64,000 bases of DNA from an uncultured delta proteobacterium. Lineage in GTDB: Bacteria > Desulfobacterota > Binatia > Binatales > Binataceae. The notes beneath the pieces are model-generated. The model was not told the DNA's origin. It was given only the letters and a program-made list of their open reading frames with translations, and did no database searches. Positions 30,014 through 41,490 of this stretch are shown here, piece by piece; position 1 is the first letter of the stretch, and every line of letters begins with the position of its first letter. Both the position numbers and the translations under genes were made by a program. The DNA lies in NCBI GenBank assembly GCA_963733715.1, contig CAVTEN010000020.1:215979-279978 (forward strand). Reading direction: 5' to 3'.

Positions 30014-30119
30014 CCGGCCGCCGCGCAGGCGATTATCATTTTCTTTGCCACTTTCTTGATAGGTTGTCTGTTACAACCAACACGCTTATGACTCGCAGCC
30101 GCAAAATCACGAGCGCCCG

Positions 30120-30962
30120 TCAGCTTTGGAACGACGGGCCTGAGAAACTGCTAGGAGGCATCGTCTGCGCTGCTGCGGCCTGGTCGAGCGGCGCGAACTG
30201 GCTGCCTGTAGTCAGCCCGCCGTCCACGATCATCGCCTGCCCCGTGACGAATTCCGAATCATCGCTGGCGAGGTACAATGCCATCCCGGCGATATCCTCC
30301 GGATGCCCCGCGCGCGGAATCGGCTGCCCCTTCGCCATCCATTGTTCCATCGCTTCTTTCGCGCCCGGCTGATTGCGATGCAGGATCGGCGTGTTGATTC
30401 CGCCGGGGCAGATGCAGTTGACGCGGATTTTATCCTTGGCGAATTCCAGCGCTGCCGAACGCGTCAGGTTGACGACGCCGGCTTTCGCCGCGCAGTAGGC
30501 ATGCAAGCCGTTGAAGCCGCGGATGCCCGCGACCGACGCCGTTGAGATTATCGAGCCGCCGCCCGCTTTGCGCAGTTCAGGCGCCGCGTGCTTCATCCCA
30601 AGGAACACGCCGCGAAGCAACACCGCCTGGCTCTTGTCCCAGTCTTCGACCGAGATTTGTTCGAGCGGCCCGACCGCGCCCCCGATTCCGGCGTTGTTAT
30701 AGATGATGTCGAGACGCCCGAACTCCGTGATGGCGCGCGCGATGAGCGCCTTAATTTCTGCTTCGGCGGAGACGTCGGTCTTCTGGAAGACCGCGCGCCC
30801 GGCGTTCTCCTTGCAATCGCGAACCGCGGCTTCGCCGCCTTCGATATTAAGGTCCGCAATCACGACCGCCGCACCTTCTCCCGCAAACTTGATAGCAGTC
30901 GCGCGTCCGATTCCGCTCGCCGCACCCGTGATTACAGCCACTTTGCCCTTGAGCCTATCCAT
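30120..30962 (-). CDS. Short-chain dehydrogenase/reductase
   Basis: TGAASGIG, NNAG, STAS, YCAAK. Confidence 0.95.
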   Translation of the reverse strand: MDRLKGKVAVITGAASGIGRATAIKFAGEGAAVVIADLNIEGGEAAVRDCKENAGRAVFQKTDVSAEAEIKALIARAITEFGRLDIIYNNAGIGGAVGPLEQISVEDWDKSQAVLLRGVFLGMKHAAPELRKAGGGSIISTASVAGIRGFNGLHAYCAAKAGVVNLTRSAALEFAKDKIRVNCICPGGINTPILHRNQPGAKEAMEQWMAKGQPIPRAGHPEDIAGMALYLASDDSEFVTGQAMIVDGGLTTGSQFAPLDQAAAAQTMPPSSFSGPSFQS

Positions 30963-31065
30963 TTCAGACTTCCCTCTGCTTGAAAAATTACGAAGCCACG
31001 CAACGCGCGCGACCCGCATCGTTCGTAAGTATCAGACCGCGTCTCGAAGCCGCTAATGGTGCCGA

Positions 31066-31896
31066 TCACATCTCGAATGACGGGCCCGAAAAGCCGCTGT
31101 CCGGCAGTCCCGCCAGCCGGAAGCGCGCGTTGCCGGTATTGATTCCGCCGTCTACCACCATCGCGGTCCCGCTGATCCAGTCCGCCTCGTCGCTCGCGAG
31201 GAAGAGCGCCATCGTGGCGATGTCGTCAGGCTTTCCGGCGCGCGGTATCGGCTGCATCCTGGCCATCGACTTCTCCGATCGTTCCTCGCCGCCCGGAACT
31301 CCGCGATGGATCAGCGGAGTGTTGACGCCGCCGGGGCAAATGCAGTTGACGCGAATCTTGTCGTGCCCGACTTCGATCGCTACTGCCTGCGTCAGATTCA
31401 CGACCGCCGCCTTGGCCGCGCTGTATGCGGCGAGATAGCCGACGCCGCGAAGTCCCGCGACCGACGCCGTCGATATGATCGATCCGCCGCCCGCTTTGCG
31501 CATCTCGGGAATCGAATACTTCATGCCGAGGTATGCGGCGCGGAGCAGCACTGCGACGGTGCGATCCCAGTCCGCAGATTCTACTTTCTCGATCGGCCCG
31601 ACCGCGCCCGCGACGCCCGCGTTGTTGAACATGATATCCAGGCGGCCGAATTCCTTGACCGCGCGCGCGACCGCCGACTTGATGTCGGCCTCACTGGTCA
31701 CGTCGGTGCGCTGAAATACCGCGCGTCCTCCTGCCGCTGCGCATTCTGCCACCGCGGTCTCTCCTCCATGCGCATTCAAATCGGTAAGAACCACGCTCGC
31801 TCCTTCCTTCGCGAAGAGAAGCGCAGTCGCACGCCCCATCCCGCTCGCGGCCCCGGTAATCACTGCAACTTTTCCCTGGATTCTGCCCATTGCCAT
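31066..31896 (-). CDS. Short-chain dehydrogenase/reductase, tandem paralog
   Basis: TGAASGMG, NNAG, STAS, YSAAK. Confidence 0.95.
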   Translation of the reverse strand: MAMGRIQGKVAVITGAASGMGRATALLFAKEGASVVLTDLNAHGGETAVAECAAAGGRAVFQRTDVTSEADIKSAVARAVKEFGRLDIMFNNAGVAGAVGPIEKVESADWDRTVAVLLRAAYLGMKYSIPEMRKAGGGSIISTASVAGLRGVGYLAAYSAAKAAVVNLTQAVAIEVGHDKIRVNCICPGGVNTPLIHRGVPGGEERSEKSMARMQPIPRAGKPDDIATMALFLASDEADWISGTAMVVDGGINTGNARFRLAGLPDSGFSGPSFEM

Positions 31897-32000
31897 TCTC
31901 CTGCGCGCATCCGGTCGCGCGGTATTTTAAGTGAATCGTAAAATCTCAATAGCAATGAATCAGCCGATTCGGGTAGCGCAACGATCGCAATGCGCAGGGC

Positions 32001-32411
32001 TCACGTGGTCTGCTCGCTCTTCATGACGCGGCGAATACCGAACGACTGCAATATAGCGAAGACGAAAACAATTTCCGCGACGGCTGCGATCAGCCACTTC
32101 CCGTCGAACGTGAAAGGCACGACGAAAATCAGCGCATAGCTGCCTATCACCCAGATCGCGTCCATGATCACTGCCATCCACGCGTCGCTGATTTTGATTT
32201 TCGGCCTGCGCGCGTTGATCAGCAGAATGACGGCGTATCCCGTCAGCGAGATTGCCAAAACCGTCAGGACAATGTGGTCGCGAAGGCCGAGAAACTCTGC
32301 CAGCCATCCTGTCGACGCGAGAATGGCCAAGGCGGAGAGCATCGAGAACAGCGCGTTCCCGATTAATGAATTTCGCAGCAGCTTCTGACTGTCCGGGATC
32401 GATTGGTTCAT
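32001..32411 (-). CDS. Four-TM integral membrane protein of unknown function
   Basis: Four hydrophobic helices; directly downstream of tetR. Confidence 0.75.
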   Translation of the reverse strand: MNQSIPDSQKLLRNSLIGNALFSMLSALAILASTGWLAEFLGLRDHIVLTVLAISLTGYAVILLINARRPKIKISDAWMAVIMDAIWVIGSYALIFVVPFTFDGKWLIAAVAEIVFVFAILQSFGIRRVMKSEQTT

Positions 32412-32416
32412 CTTCG

Positions 32417-33065
32417 TTACTCCCTTGGATTGACAATGTTGTAAGCAGACTCGCTCGATGCCTCTGAGATTCCGCGAGCGATCGCGCGGCGAGCGCGCTC
32501 AAATGCAGATTTGTCATTGAACAACTTGAAGGCCCAATTGGCCTCCTGCACATAGGCATGAAGTTCGAAGGCCAGCTGGGCGGCATCAACCGACGAACGG
32601 AATTGCCCGTTCGAGATCGCAAATCGAATCTCGTCTTCCAGCCCGACCAGCCACGCCTTGGTGTGCAAGGCGATCTGATTCCGGACCGCGCCTGGCCGGC
32701 TGTCGAACTCGGCGGACGCGGCGGCGAAGAAGCACCCGCCACGGAACACAATCTTTTCCACGTACTCGAGCCATTTGTAGAGCATCGCGGTCAGACGCAT
32801 TGTCCCGCGAGGCTCCATGAGCGCAGGCTGAACAATTCGCTCGACGAAAAACCTCTTTCGCCGCTTCTACCGTGTCGAGCTGCAGTTCCCGTTTTGAACC
32901 GAAATGGGAGAAGACTCCCGTCTTGCTCATTTTCAGATCTGAAGCGAGCCGCCCAATCGACAGCCCTTCGAGTCCTTCAGCGGAAGCAATATCCATCGCG
33001 ACGCGCAGTATCTGACGCCGCGTCCGTGCGGCCTGATGAGTTCGATAAAGAACGGCTGGTTTCAT
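32417..33065 (-). CDS. TetR family regulator with one frameshift in a homopolymer (32847-32851)
   Basis: HTH GLEGLSIGRLA..MSKTGVFSHFGSK; removing one T from the T5 run joins it in frame to the RGGCFFAAA C-terminal domain. Confidence 0.88.
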
Positions 33066-33112
33066 AGAACGATCGCGCTATTTGTATAGTACGGTCGTTC
33101 TATCACTGTCAA
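33065..33112 (-). promoter_or_regulatory. tetR promoter with two palindromic operators
   Basis: TTGACA (minus strand, 33107-33112); near-palindromes TAGAACGATCGCGCTA (33065-33080) and TAGTACGGTCGTTCTA (33087-33102). Confidence 0.75.
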
Positions 33113-33178
33113 CGGCGACCGCCGTTATTTTGCGGTAGACGAGGGTTCTCTAGCACACGCTCAATCTCTCTCCGCTCC

Positions 33179-33218
33179 GGTTCCCCTTCCCGTTCGGGAA
33201 GGGGTTAGGGGTTAGGTT
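33179..33218 (+). repeat. REP-like hairpin repeat, copy D
   Basis: GGTTCCCCTTCCC-GTTC-GGGAAGGGGTTAGGGGTTAGGTT. Confidence 0.92.
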
Positions 33219-33285
33219 GCCGGGCGTCACCCATGATTTGCAGAGAAACCGATCCCAGCGCCGCGATGATATAATGATTCCGCTC

Positions 33286-35406
33286 ATGTTCCCCGAAGAC
33301 GAAGACGAAAACGACAAGCGCGACGTCAACGACGCTCCGCTTGAACCCGCCGGCGAGAAGGCGACCGGCCCGCAGTACGACTCGCTAATCGAGTATCCCA
33401 AAGATGCGCCCGCGCAGAGCGGCGAGGCGCTGGTCCTCGAGGACGAATCGGCCTCTATCGATCAGAAGTTGGCGGCCACTTCGACCGAACCCGGCATCTA
33501 CCTGCTGCGCGATCGCGCGGGCAAGGTGCTTTACGTCGGCAAGGCGAAGTCGCTGCGCTCTCGCGTGCGCGCATATTTTCGCGAGGGCGGCGACGGGCGC
33601 TTCCAGGTGCGCTTCCTGATGAAACGGGTGCGCGACTTCGACACCATCGTCACCGCGAGCGAGAAGGAGGCGCTGATCCTCGAGAACAACCTGATCAAGC
33701 AGTACAAGCCCAGGTACAACATCCGCCTGAAAGATGACAAATCGTACCTGAGCGCGAAGATCACGAATCACGCGTGGCCGCGAATCACCGTCACCCGCAA
33801 GATTGTCAAGGACGGCGGCCGCTACTTCGGCCCGTTCGGCTCGGCCGACGGACTGCGCGAGACTATCGACGTCATCCGCAAAGTTTTTCCGCTGCGCACC
33901 TGCACCGACGCGGTCTTCCGCAATCGCTCGCGCCCATGCCTCGAATATCAGATCAAGCGATGCCTCGGGCCGTGCTGTTTGCCGGTCGATCGCGAAGAAT
34001 ACGATCGCCATCTGCATGCGGCGCAGATGCTGCTGGAAGGAAAAAATCTCGAGCTGCTCCGCGAGATGCGCGAACAGATGAAGGATCACGCGTCACGGCT
34101 CGAATTCGAGGATGCGGCGCGAATTCGCGACCGCGTGCAGGCGATCGAGAAAACCGTCGAGCGCCAGACCGTGCTGCATCACTGGGGAATCGATCAGGAC
34201 GTGTTCGGAATCTATCGCGAGGGCGGCTACATCGAGGCGATCGTGCTGATCGTGCGCGGCGGAAAGCTGACCAGCACGCAGGGATGGAGCTTCCAGGACC
34301 TGGAATTTCCCGTGCAAGAAATCCTTTCGGATCTGCTCACGCAGTATTACTCGGGCGCGCGCAATATTCCCGACGAAGTGATCGTGCCGGTCGAGCTCGA
34401 AGATGCGGACGTGCGCGCGGAGCTGCTCTCAGAGCGGCGCGGAAAGAAATGCGAAGTCATCGTGCCGCAGCGCGGCGAGAAGCTCCGCCTGCTCGAAATG
34501 GCGATGGACAATGCGCGCCAGAGTTTTGCCTCGCGCCGCGATAACGAAAAAACGCGCGAGCAGATGCTCGAGGATCTCCGCGTCAAGCTCGGTCTGCGCA
34601 ACACGCCCAAGCGGATGGAATGCTACGACATTTCGAATCTGCAAGGCTCGATGGTGGTCGGATCGCAAGTCACGTTCGACGAAGGCGAGCCGTGCAAGAA
34701 TCTCTACCGCCGCTACCGGATTCGCAGCTTCGAAGGACAGGACGACTTCGCCAGCATGTACGAAGTTCTGAAGCGCCGGCTCGAGCGCGCGGTGCGTGAA
34801 AACGTGTACCCGGATTTGTGGGTGATCGACGGCGGCAAAGGACAACTCAACGTCGCGCTCGAAGTACTGCGCGAGTTCAGGCTGCTCGATCAGATCGATT
34901 GCGTCTCGTTGGCCAAGCAGCATGTGCTGAACGACCGGCGCGAAAAAGAAGTGACGAAATCCGAGGAGCGCGTCTTCGTTCCCAGGCGCAAGGATCCGAT
35001 CGTGCTGCCGAAGAACTCGACCGCGCTGTTCCTGCTGGTGCGGATTCGCGACGAGGCGCATCGATTTGCGATCACCTATAACCGCGAACTGCGGCGTCGC
35101 GCGCGGCTGCGCTCGGTGCTCGACGATATCGAGGGCATCGGTCCGGTGCGTCGGCGCGCGTTGCTCCGTCACTTCGGCAGCCTCAAGCGGATTCGCGAGG
35201 CGACCGTCGATGAGATCGCGGAGGTCAAGGGACTCAACCGCGAACTCGCAGCCGAGATTCGCCGGCATCTCGACGAAATGACGGCGCTGCTCGACGTCGA
35301 AGAATCCGCCGAGCCCGGGGACCAACCGGATCTGCCGCTCGAACCGCCCGCGATTCCTGCCGAGGATGCCAGCCCGCCAGTCAATGATTCGCCCGTGCGC
35401 GACTGA
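33286..35406 (+). CDS. uvrC: Excinuclease ABC subunit C
   Basis: PGIY..VLYVGKAKSLRSRV GIY-YIG, ECYDISN, IDGGKGQ, IRDEAHRFA, HhH. Extended -10 TGATATAAT at 33267-33275 supports a start near 33286. Confidence 0.97.
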   Translation: MFPEDEDENDKRDVNDAPLEPAGEKATGPQYDSLIEYPKDAPAQSGEALVLEDESASIDQKLAATSTEPGIYLLRDRAGKVLYVGKAKSLRSRVRAYFREGGDGRFQVRFLMKRVRDFDTIVTASEKEALILENNLIKQYKPRYNIRLKDDKSYLSAKITNHAWPRITVTRKIVKDGGRYFGPFGSADGLRETIDVIRKVFPLRTCTDAVFRNRSRPCLEYQIKRCLGPCCLPVDREEYDRHLHAAQMLLEGKNLELLREMREQMKDHASRLEFEDAARIRDRVQAIEKTVERQTVLHHWGIDQDVFGIYREGGYIEAIVLIVRGGKLTSTQGWSFQDLEFPVQEILSDLLTQYYSGARNIPDEVIVPVELEDADVRAELLSERRGKKCEVIVPQRGEKLRLLEMAMDNARQSFASRRDNEKTREQMLEDLRVKLGLRNTPKRMECYDISNLQGSMVVGSQVTFDEGEPCKNLYRRYRIRSFEGQDDFASMYEVLKRRLERAVRENVYPDLWVIDGGKGQLNVALEVLREFRLLDQIDCVSLAKQHVLNDRREKEVTKSEERVFVPRRKDPIVLPKNSTALFLLVRIRDEAHRFAITYNRELRRRARLRSVLDDIEGIGPVRRRALLRHFGSLKRIREATVDEIAEVKGLNRELAAEIRRHLDEMTALLDVEESAEPGDQPDLPLEPPAIPAEDASPPVNDSPVRD

Positions 35407-35626
35407 CGCAAAAGTTCTTTCGAGCACATATCCTGGTCGCGCTATCTGCTTGTGTTGGCGCATAATCTCCGAGTCAACACTGACCGCACGCCGCCGTTGA
35501 TGCGCAAAGGAGTGCGTACTTATCGCTGCGGGAGCACTTTCCGTAAGACGCTCAGTCTCGCGACCCGTCGGACTGGAATCGGCCAGGTCTCGCGAGATCC
35601 TGCCTCCGATTCCGGCGGTCAGCCTG

Positions 35627-38182
35627 GTGGAGCGGGTCGCGCCAATCTACCTGGTTGCGATCTCGATCGTCACCGGCGATGCGCTCGGTAATTTCCATGT
35701 CGCGATTCCGCTGTGGCTCGCATCGACGCTTGCCCTCGCAGCACTCGGCGCGTTCCTCAGTTCCCGACCGACGCCTCGGTCTCGCAGCGGCGTACCTGGC
35801 GATCGTGCTCGCCGCTAATGTTGCGGTCGCGAATGTGCTCGAACCGCCGCGCAAGGCGCATAGCGTCGCGACGATGGTCGAGGGTTCGCGCGTCACGATC
35901 GAGGGACGCGTGTATCGCGAGACCGAGCACGAAGCCTATGGCGATCGGCTGTACGTCAAGGTCGAGCGGGCCGCAGAGCAGGGCGGTACAACGTCGAAGT
36001 CGAGCGGCAATGTTCGAATCGCAGTGCTCGGTGGCGGCGTGTTCAAGCTGGGCGACGAAATCCGTCTGAGTGCGCGAATTCATTTTCCGCGCAACTACGG
36101 GAATCCCGGCGAGTTCGATTACGTGGGACTCATGCGGCGCGACGGCATCGACGCCACGATGACCGCGCCGAAAAATTCGCTCGGTTCGGCGCGATTTCAA
36201 ATCATCGGGCATCGTTCGATCTTTCCTGCGAGCCAGATTGAATCGATAAGGACGCACATCGGCGAGTTCTTCGATCGCAATCTCGCGTATCCTGAAAACG
36301 CCGAGATGCGCGCGCTGGTGATCGGCGATCAAGGCGAGATCGGCGAGCCGCTTCGGCAAACGTTCGCGCGCACCGGGATGGCGCATCTGCTGGTTATCTC
36401 CGGCCTGCACTTGAGCATCGTGGCGGCCGCGATGTTCGCCGCTGTGCGTCTTGCGATGATGCTGTTTCCCGGGCTCGCGAACCGCGGTTACGCGAACAAG
36501 GTGGCCGCGCTCGCCGCGATGATTGCGGTGTGCGCGTACGCGTCGATCGCGGGGCATCACGTGTCGACGGTGCGTGCGCTGACGATGGTGCTCGCGTACA
36601 TGCTGGCCGTGGCTATCGATCGTTCTCGCGAATCGATCGCTTCGTTGGCGCTGGCTGCAATCGTGATTTGCGTCGCGCTTCCCGGCTCGACCGCCGACAT
36701 CGGGTTTCAGCTATCGTTCGCGTCGGTGATTGCGATCGTACTCGGCATGCGCCGATGTACCGCTTGGTTCGCTCGCCGAAAACGCCTTGGCAGGCTTCGC
36801 GGCGAACCGCCGTCGCCACGCTGGCGATTTATTGAAGCGCCGACCGGCTATCTCGCGGTGTCGTTTTGGGCGATGGTCGGGACAGCTCCTCTCACCGCGT
36901 ACCACTTCAACCAGTTCGCGATTGTCGGAATCGTCGCGAACGCAGTCGTGGTGCCGATCATGGCGTTCGGCGCAACCGTCAGCGGACTGATCGCGGCCGG
37001 CGTTGAGTTTCTTTTCGGAGCCGGCCGCGCGCCCGATCCTGCTATTCGGTGCGAGCGCGCTCGCGGCGGGCAACTGGCTGGCTGCCTGGTTCGTCGATTG
37101 GCCATTCGCGTGGTTCCGCATTTTCACGCCGACAATTCTCGAACTCACAATCGCGTACGCGTTCCTGGCGACTCTGGTTGCTCGCCCCGCTTGCGGTCGC
37201 GATAACCGGAAAGCGATCGCGCGACGAGATTCCCGGCAACACGGATCCGCGCGCACAGATTCGGATGGCGTGCGCGATGCATGATTGCGCTCGCAGTCGT
37301 GCTGACGATTGACGCGGGATACTGGACCTACGATCGCTTCTTCAATCCCGACTTGCGCGTGACGTTTCTGTCGGTGGGCGAGGGCGACGGCGCGGTCGTG
37401 CGATTTCCCGGCTCACGCGTGATGCTGATCGATGGCGGTGGCTCCTATGGCGGCTTTGACGCGGGCGAGAGAATTGTCGCGCCGTACCTGTGGTCGCAGA
37501 AAATCATGCGCGTCGATTACATTGCTCTGAGCCATCCCGACCTCGACCATTTCGGCGGTCTGGATTTTATCGCGATGAATTTCGCGCCGCGCGCGTTCTG
37601 GACCACCGGCGTGTCGAGCCTCGACGTCAGTTACTCACGCTTTATGGACGACCTCGAACGCGCGAAAATTCCGACGGTGCAGGTGCTCAAGAAGGCGCCG
37701 CTCGCTAGCTGTCGGCGGCGTTGCGATTTCGTCGCTCAATGGCAACGCCGCCATCGCAAAGTCGCACAACAACAGCTCGATGGTCTTGCGATTCAGCTTC
37801 GGCAGCACGTCAATTCTGTTCACTGGCGATATCGAGTCGGCCGGAGAGCGCGCGATGATCGAAAATCGCGTCGACCTTCACGCGACGATACTGAAGGTAC
37901 CGCATCATGGCAGCGCGACTTCCTCGACGGCGGCATTCATCGCCGCGGTGCATCCGCAGGCCGCAGTAATCTCGGACGGATACTTGAACAATTTTCATTT
38001 CCCCGCGGACGTGGTCGTCGAGCGTTACGTCGAAGCCGGCGCCATCCTGATTGCGCACCGACCTCGACGGCGCCGTGATGGTTGACGCGAGACAGAATCA
38101 GATGACCGTTCGGACATTCCGAGGGACCCGAGCCGGTTCAATCCGCGTAGTGCCTGCGGTTGACGGGCCTCCGCGGCACTAG
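35627..38182 (+). pseudogene. comEC: ComEC/Rec2 DNA uptake channel, multiply frameshifted
   Basis: NPGEFDY, TGMAHLLVISGLH, GFQLSF, FLSVGEGDG, SHPDLDHFGG, ILFTGDIE and LKVPHHGS occur in order but in different frames (shifts near 35770, 37005, 37170-37270, 37700, 38050). Confidence 0.88.
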
Positions 38183-38285
38183 ATCCCTGAGCAATCAGTC
38201 AGAGCGATCGTTCAGAGCGAGGTGTAAAATCGGCGCGCGGTTTCTATCGACCCCGCCCATCACTCTAAGCTACATATGGATCGAA

Positions 38286-39431
38286 ATGGATCTGGAACTC
38301 ACTGAAGCGCAACGCGGCGCTCGCGACGTTGCCCGCCGCTTCTCCCGCGAGAAGCTCGGGCCAATCGGCGTCGAGGCCGACCGCTCTCATCGATATCCCG
38401 CCGAAGCGATCGACGAACTCGCGCGGCTCGGGATGCTCGGCATCTTCCTTCCCGAGCAGTACGGCGGCGCGGGCCTCGATCACGTTGCGTATTCACTCGT
38501 GCTCGAGGAGCTCGCGGTGGAATGCGCCTCGACGGCGGTCATCATGTCGGCGCACTGCTCGCTCGCGTCGTGGCCGATTCTCGGACTGGGCACCGCCAAG
38601 CAGAAGAGTCATTTTCTGCCGAAGATGGCGACCGGCGACTGGCTTGGATGCTTCGCCTTGACCGAGCCGCAGGCGGGGTCCGACGCTGCCGGGCAGAAGA
38701 CGCGCGCGGTGCTCGACGGCGATTCGTACGTGATCAACGGCACCAAGAATTTCATTACCAATGCGCCGCAGTCGAAGGTCGCGATCGTGTTTGCGATGAC
38801 GCAGCCCGACAAGGGCCATCACGGGATCAGCGCGTTTGCTGTCGAGACCGATACGCCGGGATGGGCGGTCACGCGGGTCGAAGACAAGATGGGAATTCAC
38901 GGCGCACATTCCGCGCAGTTGAGTTTTTCCGATATGCGCGTGCCGCGCGAGAATCTGCTGCTCGAAGAAGGGCAGGGATTCAAGGTCGCGATGAAGACTC
39001 TGGACGGCGGCCGGATCGGGATCGCGTCGCAGGCGCTCGGAATCGCGCGCGCGTCGCTCGAGGCGTCGTTGAAGTACGCGCAGGAGCGGCTGACGTTCGG
39101 CAAGCCGATCGCGCAGTATCAGGCGATTCAGTGGAAGCTCGCCGACATGGCGGTCGAGATCGACGCGGCCCGTCTGCTGACGCATCGCGCAGCGACGCTG
39201 AAAGATCGCGGCGAGTCGTGCACCAAGGAATCAGCGATGGCGAAATTGTTCGCGGCGGAAACCGCGATGAAGTCGGCGACCGAGGCGGTGCAGATTCACG
39301 GCGGCTACGGCTACACCAAGGAGTTCAAGGTCGAGCGCTTTTTCCGCGACGCCAAGATTACCGAGATCTACGAAGGAACGTCGGAGATTCAGCGGCTCGT
39401 TATCGCGGGCAGCGTGCTCGAAAATCGGTGA
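38286..39431 (+). CDS. Acyl-CoA dehydrogenase, short/branched-chain type
   Basis: [49 protein letters not shown]. Confidence 0.95.
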   Translation: MDLELTEAQRGARDVARRFSREKLGPIGVEADRSHRYPAEAIDELARLGMLGIFLPEQYGGAGLDHVAYSLVLEELAVECASTAVIMSAHCSLASWPILGLGTAKQKSHFLPKMATGDWLGCFALTEPQAGSDAAGQKTRAVLDGDSYVINGTKNFITNAPQSKVAIVFAMTQPDKGHHGISAFAVETDTPGWAVTRVEDKMGIHGAHSAQLSFSDMRVPRENLLLEEGQGFKVAMKTLDGGRIGIASQALGIARASLEASLKYAQERLTFGKPIAQYQAIQWKLADMAVEIDAARLLTHRAATLKDRGESCTKESAMAKLFAAETAMKSATEAVQIHGGYGYTKEFKVERFFRDAKITEIYEGTSEIQRLVIAGSVLENR

Positions 39432-39441
39432 GGATCGTTTG

Positions 39442-41076
39442 GTGAGCAACAAAAAGAAATGGCTCGAGACGACCTACAAGCAGGCGAGCGAGCGTCCGGT
39501 GCGTTTCTCGACCGTGTCCGACATGGAGCTCGACCCGCTCTACACGCCCGACGACGTGACCGGATCGTACGACGACACGCTCGGTAATCCCGGCGAGTTT
39601 CCGTACACACGCGGTGTGTACGGCTCGATGTATCGCGGGCGCTTGTGGACGATGCGCCAGTTCGCCGGCTTCGGACTCGCCGAGGACACCAACGCGCGCT
39701 TTCATTTTTTACTGGGCCAGGGCCAGGACGGACTCTCCACCGCATTCGACATGCCGACGTTGATGGGCTACGACGCCGACCACGAACGCGCGCTCGGCGA
39801 AGTGGGACGCGAGGGCGTGTCGGTCTCGACAGTTTACGACATGGCGACGCTGTTCGATCGGATTCCGCTCGACCGGGTCAGCACCTCGATGACGGTGAAC
39901 TGTTCTGCATCGATCCTGCTCGCGATGTACCTGGTGGTGGCCGAGCGCAACGGAATTCCGTGGGATCGCGTCGGCGGCACCATTCAGAACGACATGCTCA
40001 AGGAGTACATCGCGCAGAAGGAATGGATTTGCCCGCCGCGCCCGGCGCTCAGAATCGTCACCGACATGATCGAGTTCTGCGCGCGCAAAGTTCCGCGCTG
40101 GCACGCCGTTTCGATTTCGGGCTACCACATCCGCGAGGCCGGCTCGACCGCCGTGCAGGAGTTGGCGTTCACGATCGCCGACGGTATCTGCTACGTCGAT
40201 GAGGCCGTGAAGCGTGGAATCGCCGTCGACGACTTCGCGCAGCGGCTGTCGTTCTTCTGGAATCTGCACAACGATTTTCTCGAGGAGGTCGCCAAGCTCC
40301 GCGCCGCGCGCCGGATGTGGGCGCGAATCATGAAGGATCGTTTCGGTGCGAAGAATCCGAAATCGATGATGCTGCGGACGCATGCGCAGACCGCGGGCGC
40401 GTCGCTGACCGCGCAACAGCCGATCAACAACGTGGTGCGCGTGGCGATCCAGGCGCTGGCGGGAGTGCTCGGCGGAATCCAGTCGCTGCATACCAATTCC
40501 ATGGACGAGACGCTCGCGCTGCCGACCGAGCAGGCGGTGATGGTCGCGCTGCGCACGCAACAGGTTATCGCCGAAGAAACCGGCGTGACGAATACGATCG
40601 ATCCATTCGGCGGCAGCTACGCGGTCGAAGCGCTGACCGACAGGATGGAACGCGAGGCCAACGACTATATTCGGCGCATCGACGAGATGGGCGGGATGGT
40701 CAAGGCAATCGAGACCGGCTATCCGCAGCGCGAGATCGCCGAGGCCGCATTTCACTTTCAGCGTCAGCTCGAGCAGGGGATCAAGACGGTGGTCGGCGTC
40801 AACAAGTATTCGATCCCCGAGGAGATTCCGATCGCGACGCTCAAGATTGATCCCGAGATCGAAGAGCGGCAGATTCAGCGCGTGCGCAAGGTCAAGCGCG
40901 AACGAAACTCCGTCGCGGTCAAGGAAGCGCTCGCGCGCGTTTCTGAGGCGTGCCGCTCCGGCGAAAATCTGATGGAACCGATTTGCGAGGCGGTGCGGCG
41001 CGACGCGACTGTCGGCGAAGTATGCGATATCTTTCGCACGGAGTTTGGCGTGTACACAGACCCAGGCTGGATTTAG
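39442..41076 (+). CDS. icmA: B12-dependent acyl-CoA mutase large subunit, isobutyryl-CoA mutase type
   Basis: [18 protein letters not shown] (Phe instead of the MCM Tyr), [14 protein letters not shown] (Gln instead of the MCM Arg). Confidence 0.8.
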   Translation: MSNKKKWLETTYKQASERPVRFSTVSDMELDPLYTPDDVTGSYDDTLGNPGEFPYTRGVYGSMYRGRLWTMRQFAGFGLAEDTNARFHFLLGQGQDGLSTAFDMPTLMGYDADHERALGEVGREGVSVSTVYDMATLFDRIPLDRVSTSMTVNCSASILLAMYLVVAERNGIPWDRVGGTIQNDMLKEYIAQKEWICPPRPALRIVTDMIEFCARKVPRWHAVSISGYHIREAGSTAVQELAFTIADGICYVDEAVKRGIAVDDFAQRLSFFWNLHNDFLEEVAKLRAARRMWARIMKDRFGAKNPKSMMLRTHAQTAGASLTAQQPINNVVRVAIQALAGVLGGIQSLHTNSMDETLALPTEQAVMVALRTQQVIAEETGVTNTIDPFGGSYAVEALTDRMEREANDYIRRIDEMGGMVKAIETGYPQREIAEAAFHFQRQLEQGIKTVVGVNKYSIPEEIPIATLKIDPEIEERQIQRVRKVKRERNSVAVKEALARVSEACRSGENLMEPICEAVRRDATVGEVCDIFRTEFGVYTDPGWI

Positions 41077-41079
41077 GCG

Positions 41080-41484
41080 ATGGCGGAAAAGAGACTCAGA
41101 ATTCTGGTCGCGAAACCCGGACTCGACGGCCACGATCGCGGCGCGAAAATAATCGCGCGCGCACTGCGCGACGGCGGCTTCGAGGTCATCTACACCGGGC
41201 TCCATCAGACGCCCGAAATGATCGCGGAGGCCGCCGTGCAGGAAGACGCCGACGCGGTCGGGCTCAGCGTACTTTCGGGCGCGCACATGACGCTGTTCCC
41301 CGAGGTCATGCGCCTGCTGAAAGAGCGCGGCGCCGGCGAGATCGCGGTTTTCGGCGGAGGGATCATTCCCGACGACGACGCCGAGAAGCTCAAGCAACAG
41401 GGCGTGCGGCAAATCTTCACGCCGGGCGCGTCAACGGAAGATATCGTCAAGTGGGTGCGCGACAACGTCGCGGCCCGCGCTTAG
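41080..41484 (+). CDS. icmB: Acyl-CoA mutase cobalamin-binding small subunit
   Basis: [12 protein letters not shown] (DXHXXG), SVLSGAH, GGIIP. Confidence 0.88.
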   Translation: MAEKRLRILVAKPGLDGHDRGAKIIARALRDGGFEVIYTGLHQTPEMIAEAAVQEDADAVGLSVLSGAHMTLFPEVMRLLKERGAGEIAVFGGGIIPDDDAEKLKQQGVRQIFTPGASTEDIVKWVRDNVAARA

Positions 41485-41490
41485 GTTCAA

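Noticed and set aside
39442-41076. Methylmalonyl-CoA mutase annotation
   Set aside because: Specificity residues are Phe/Gln rather than Tyr/Arg.
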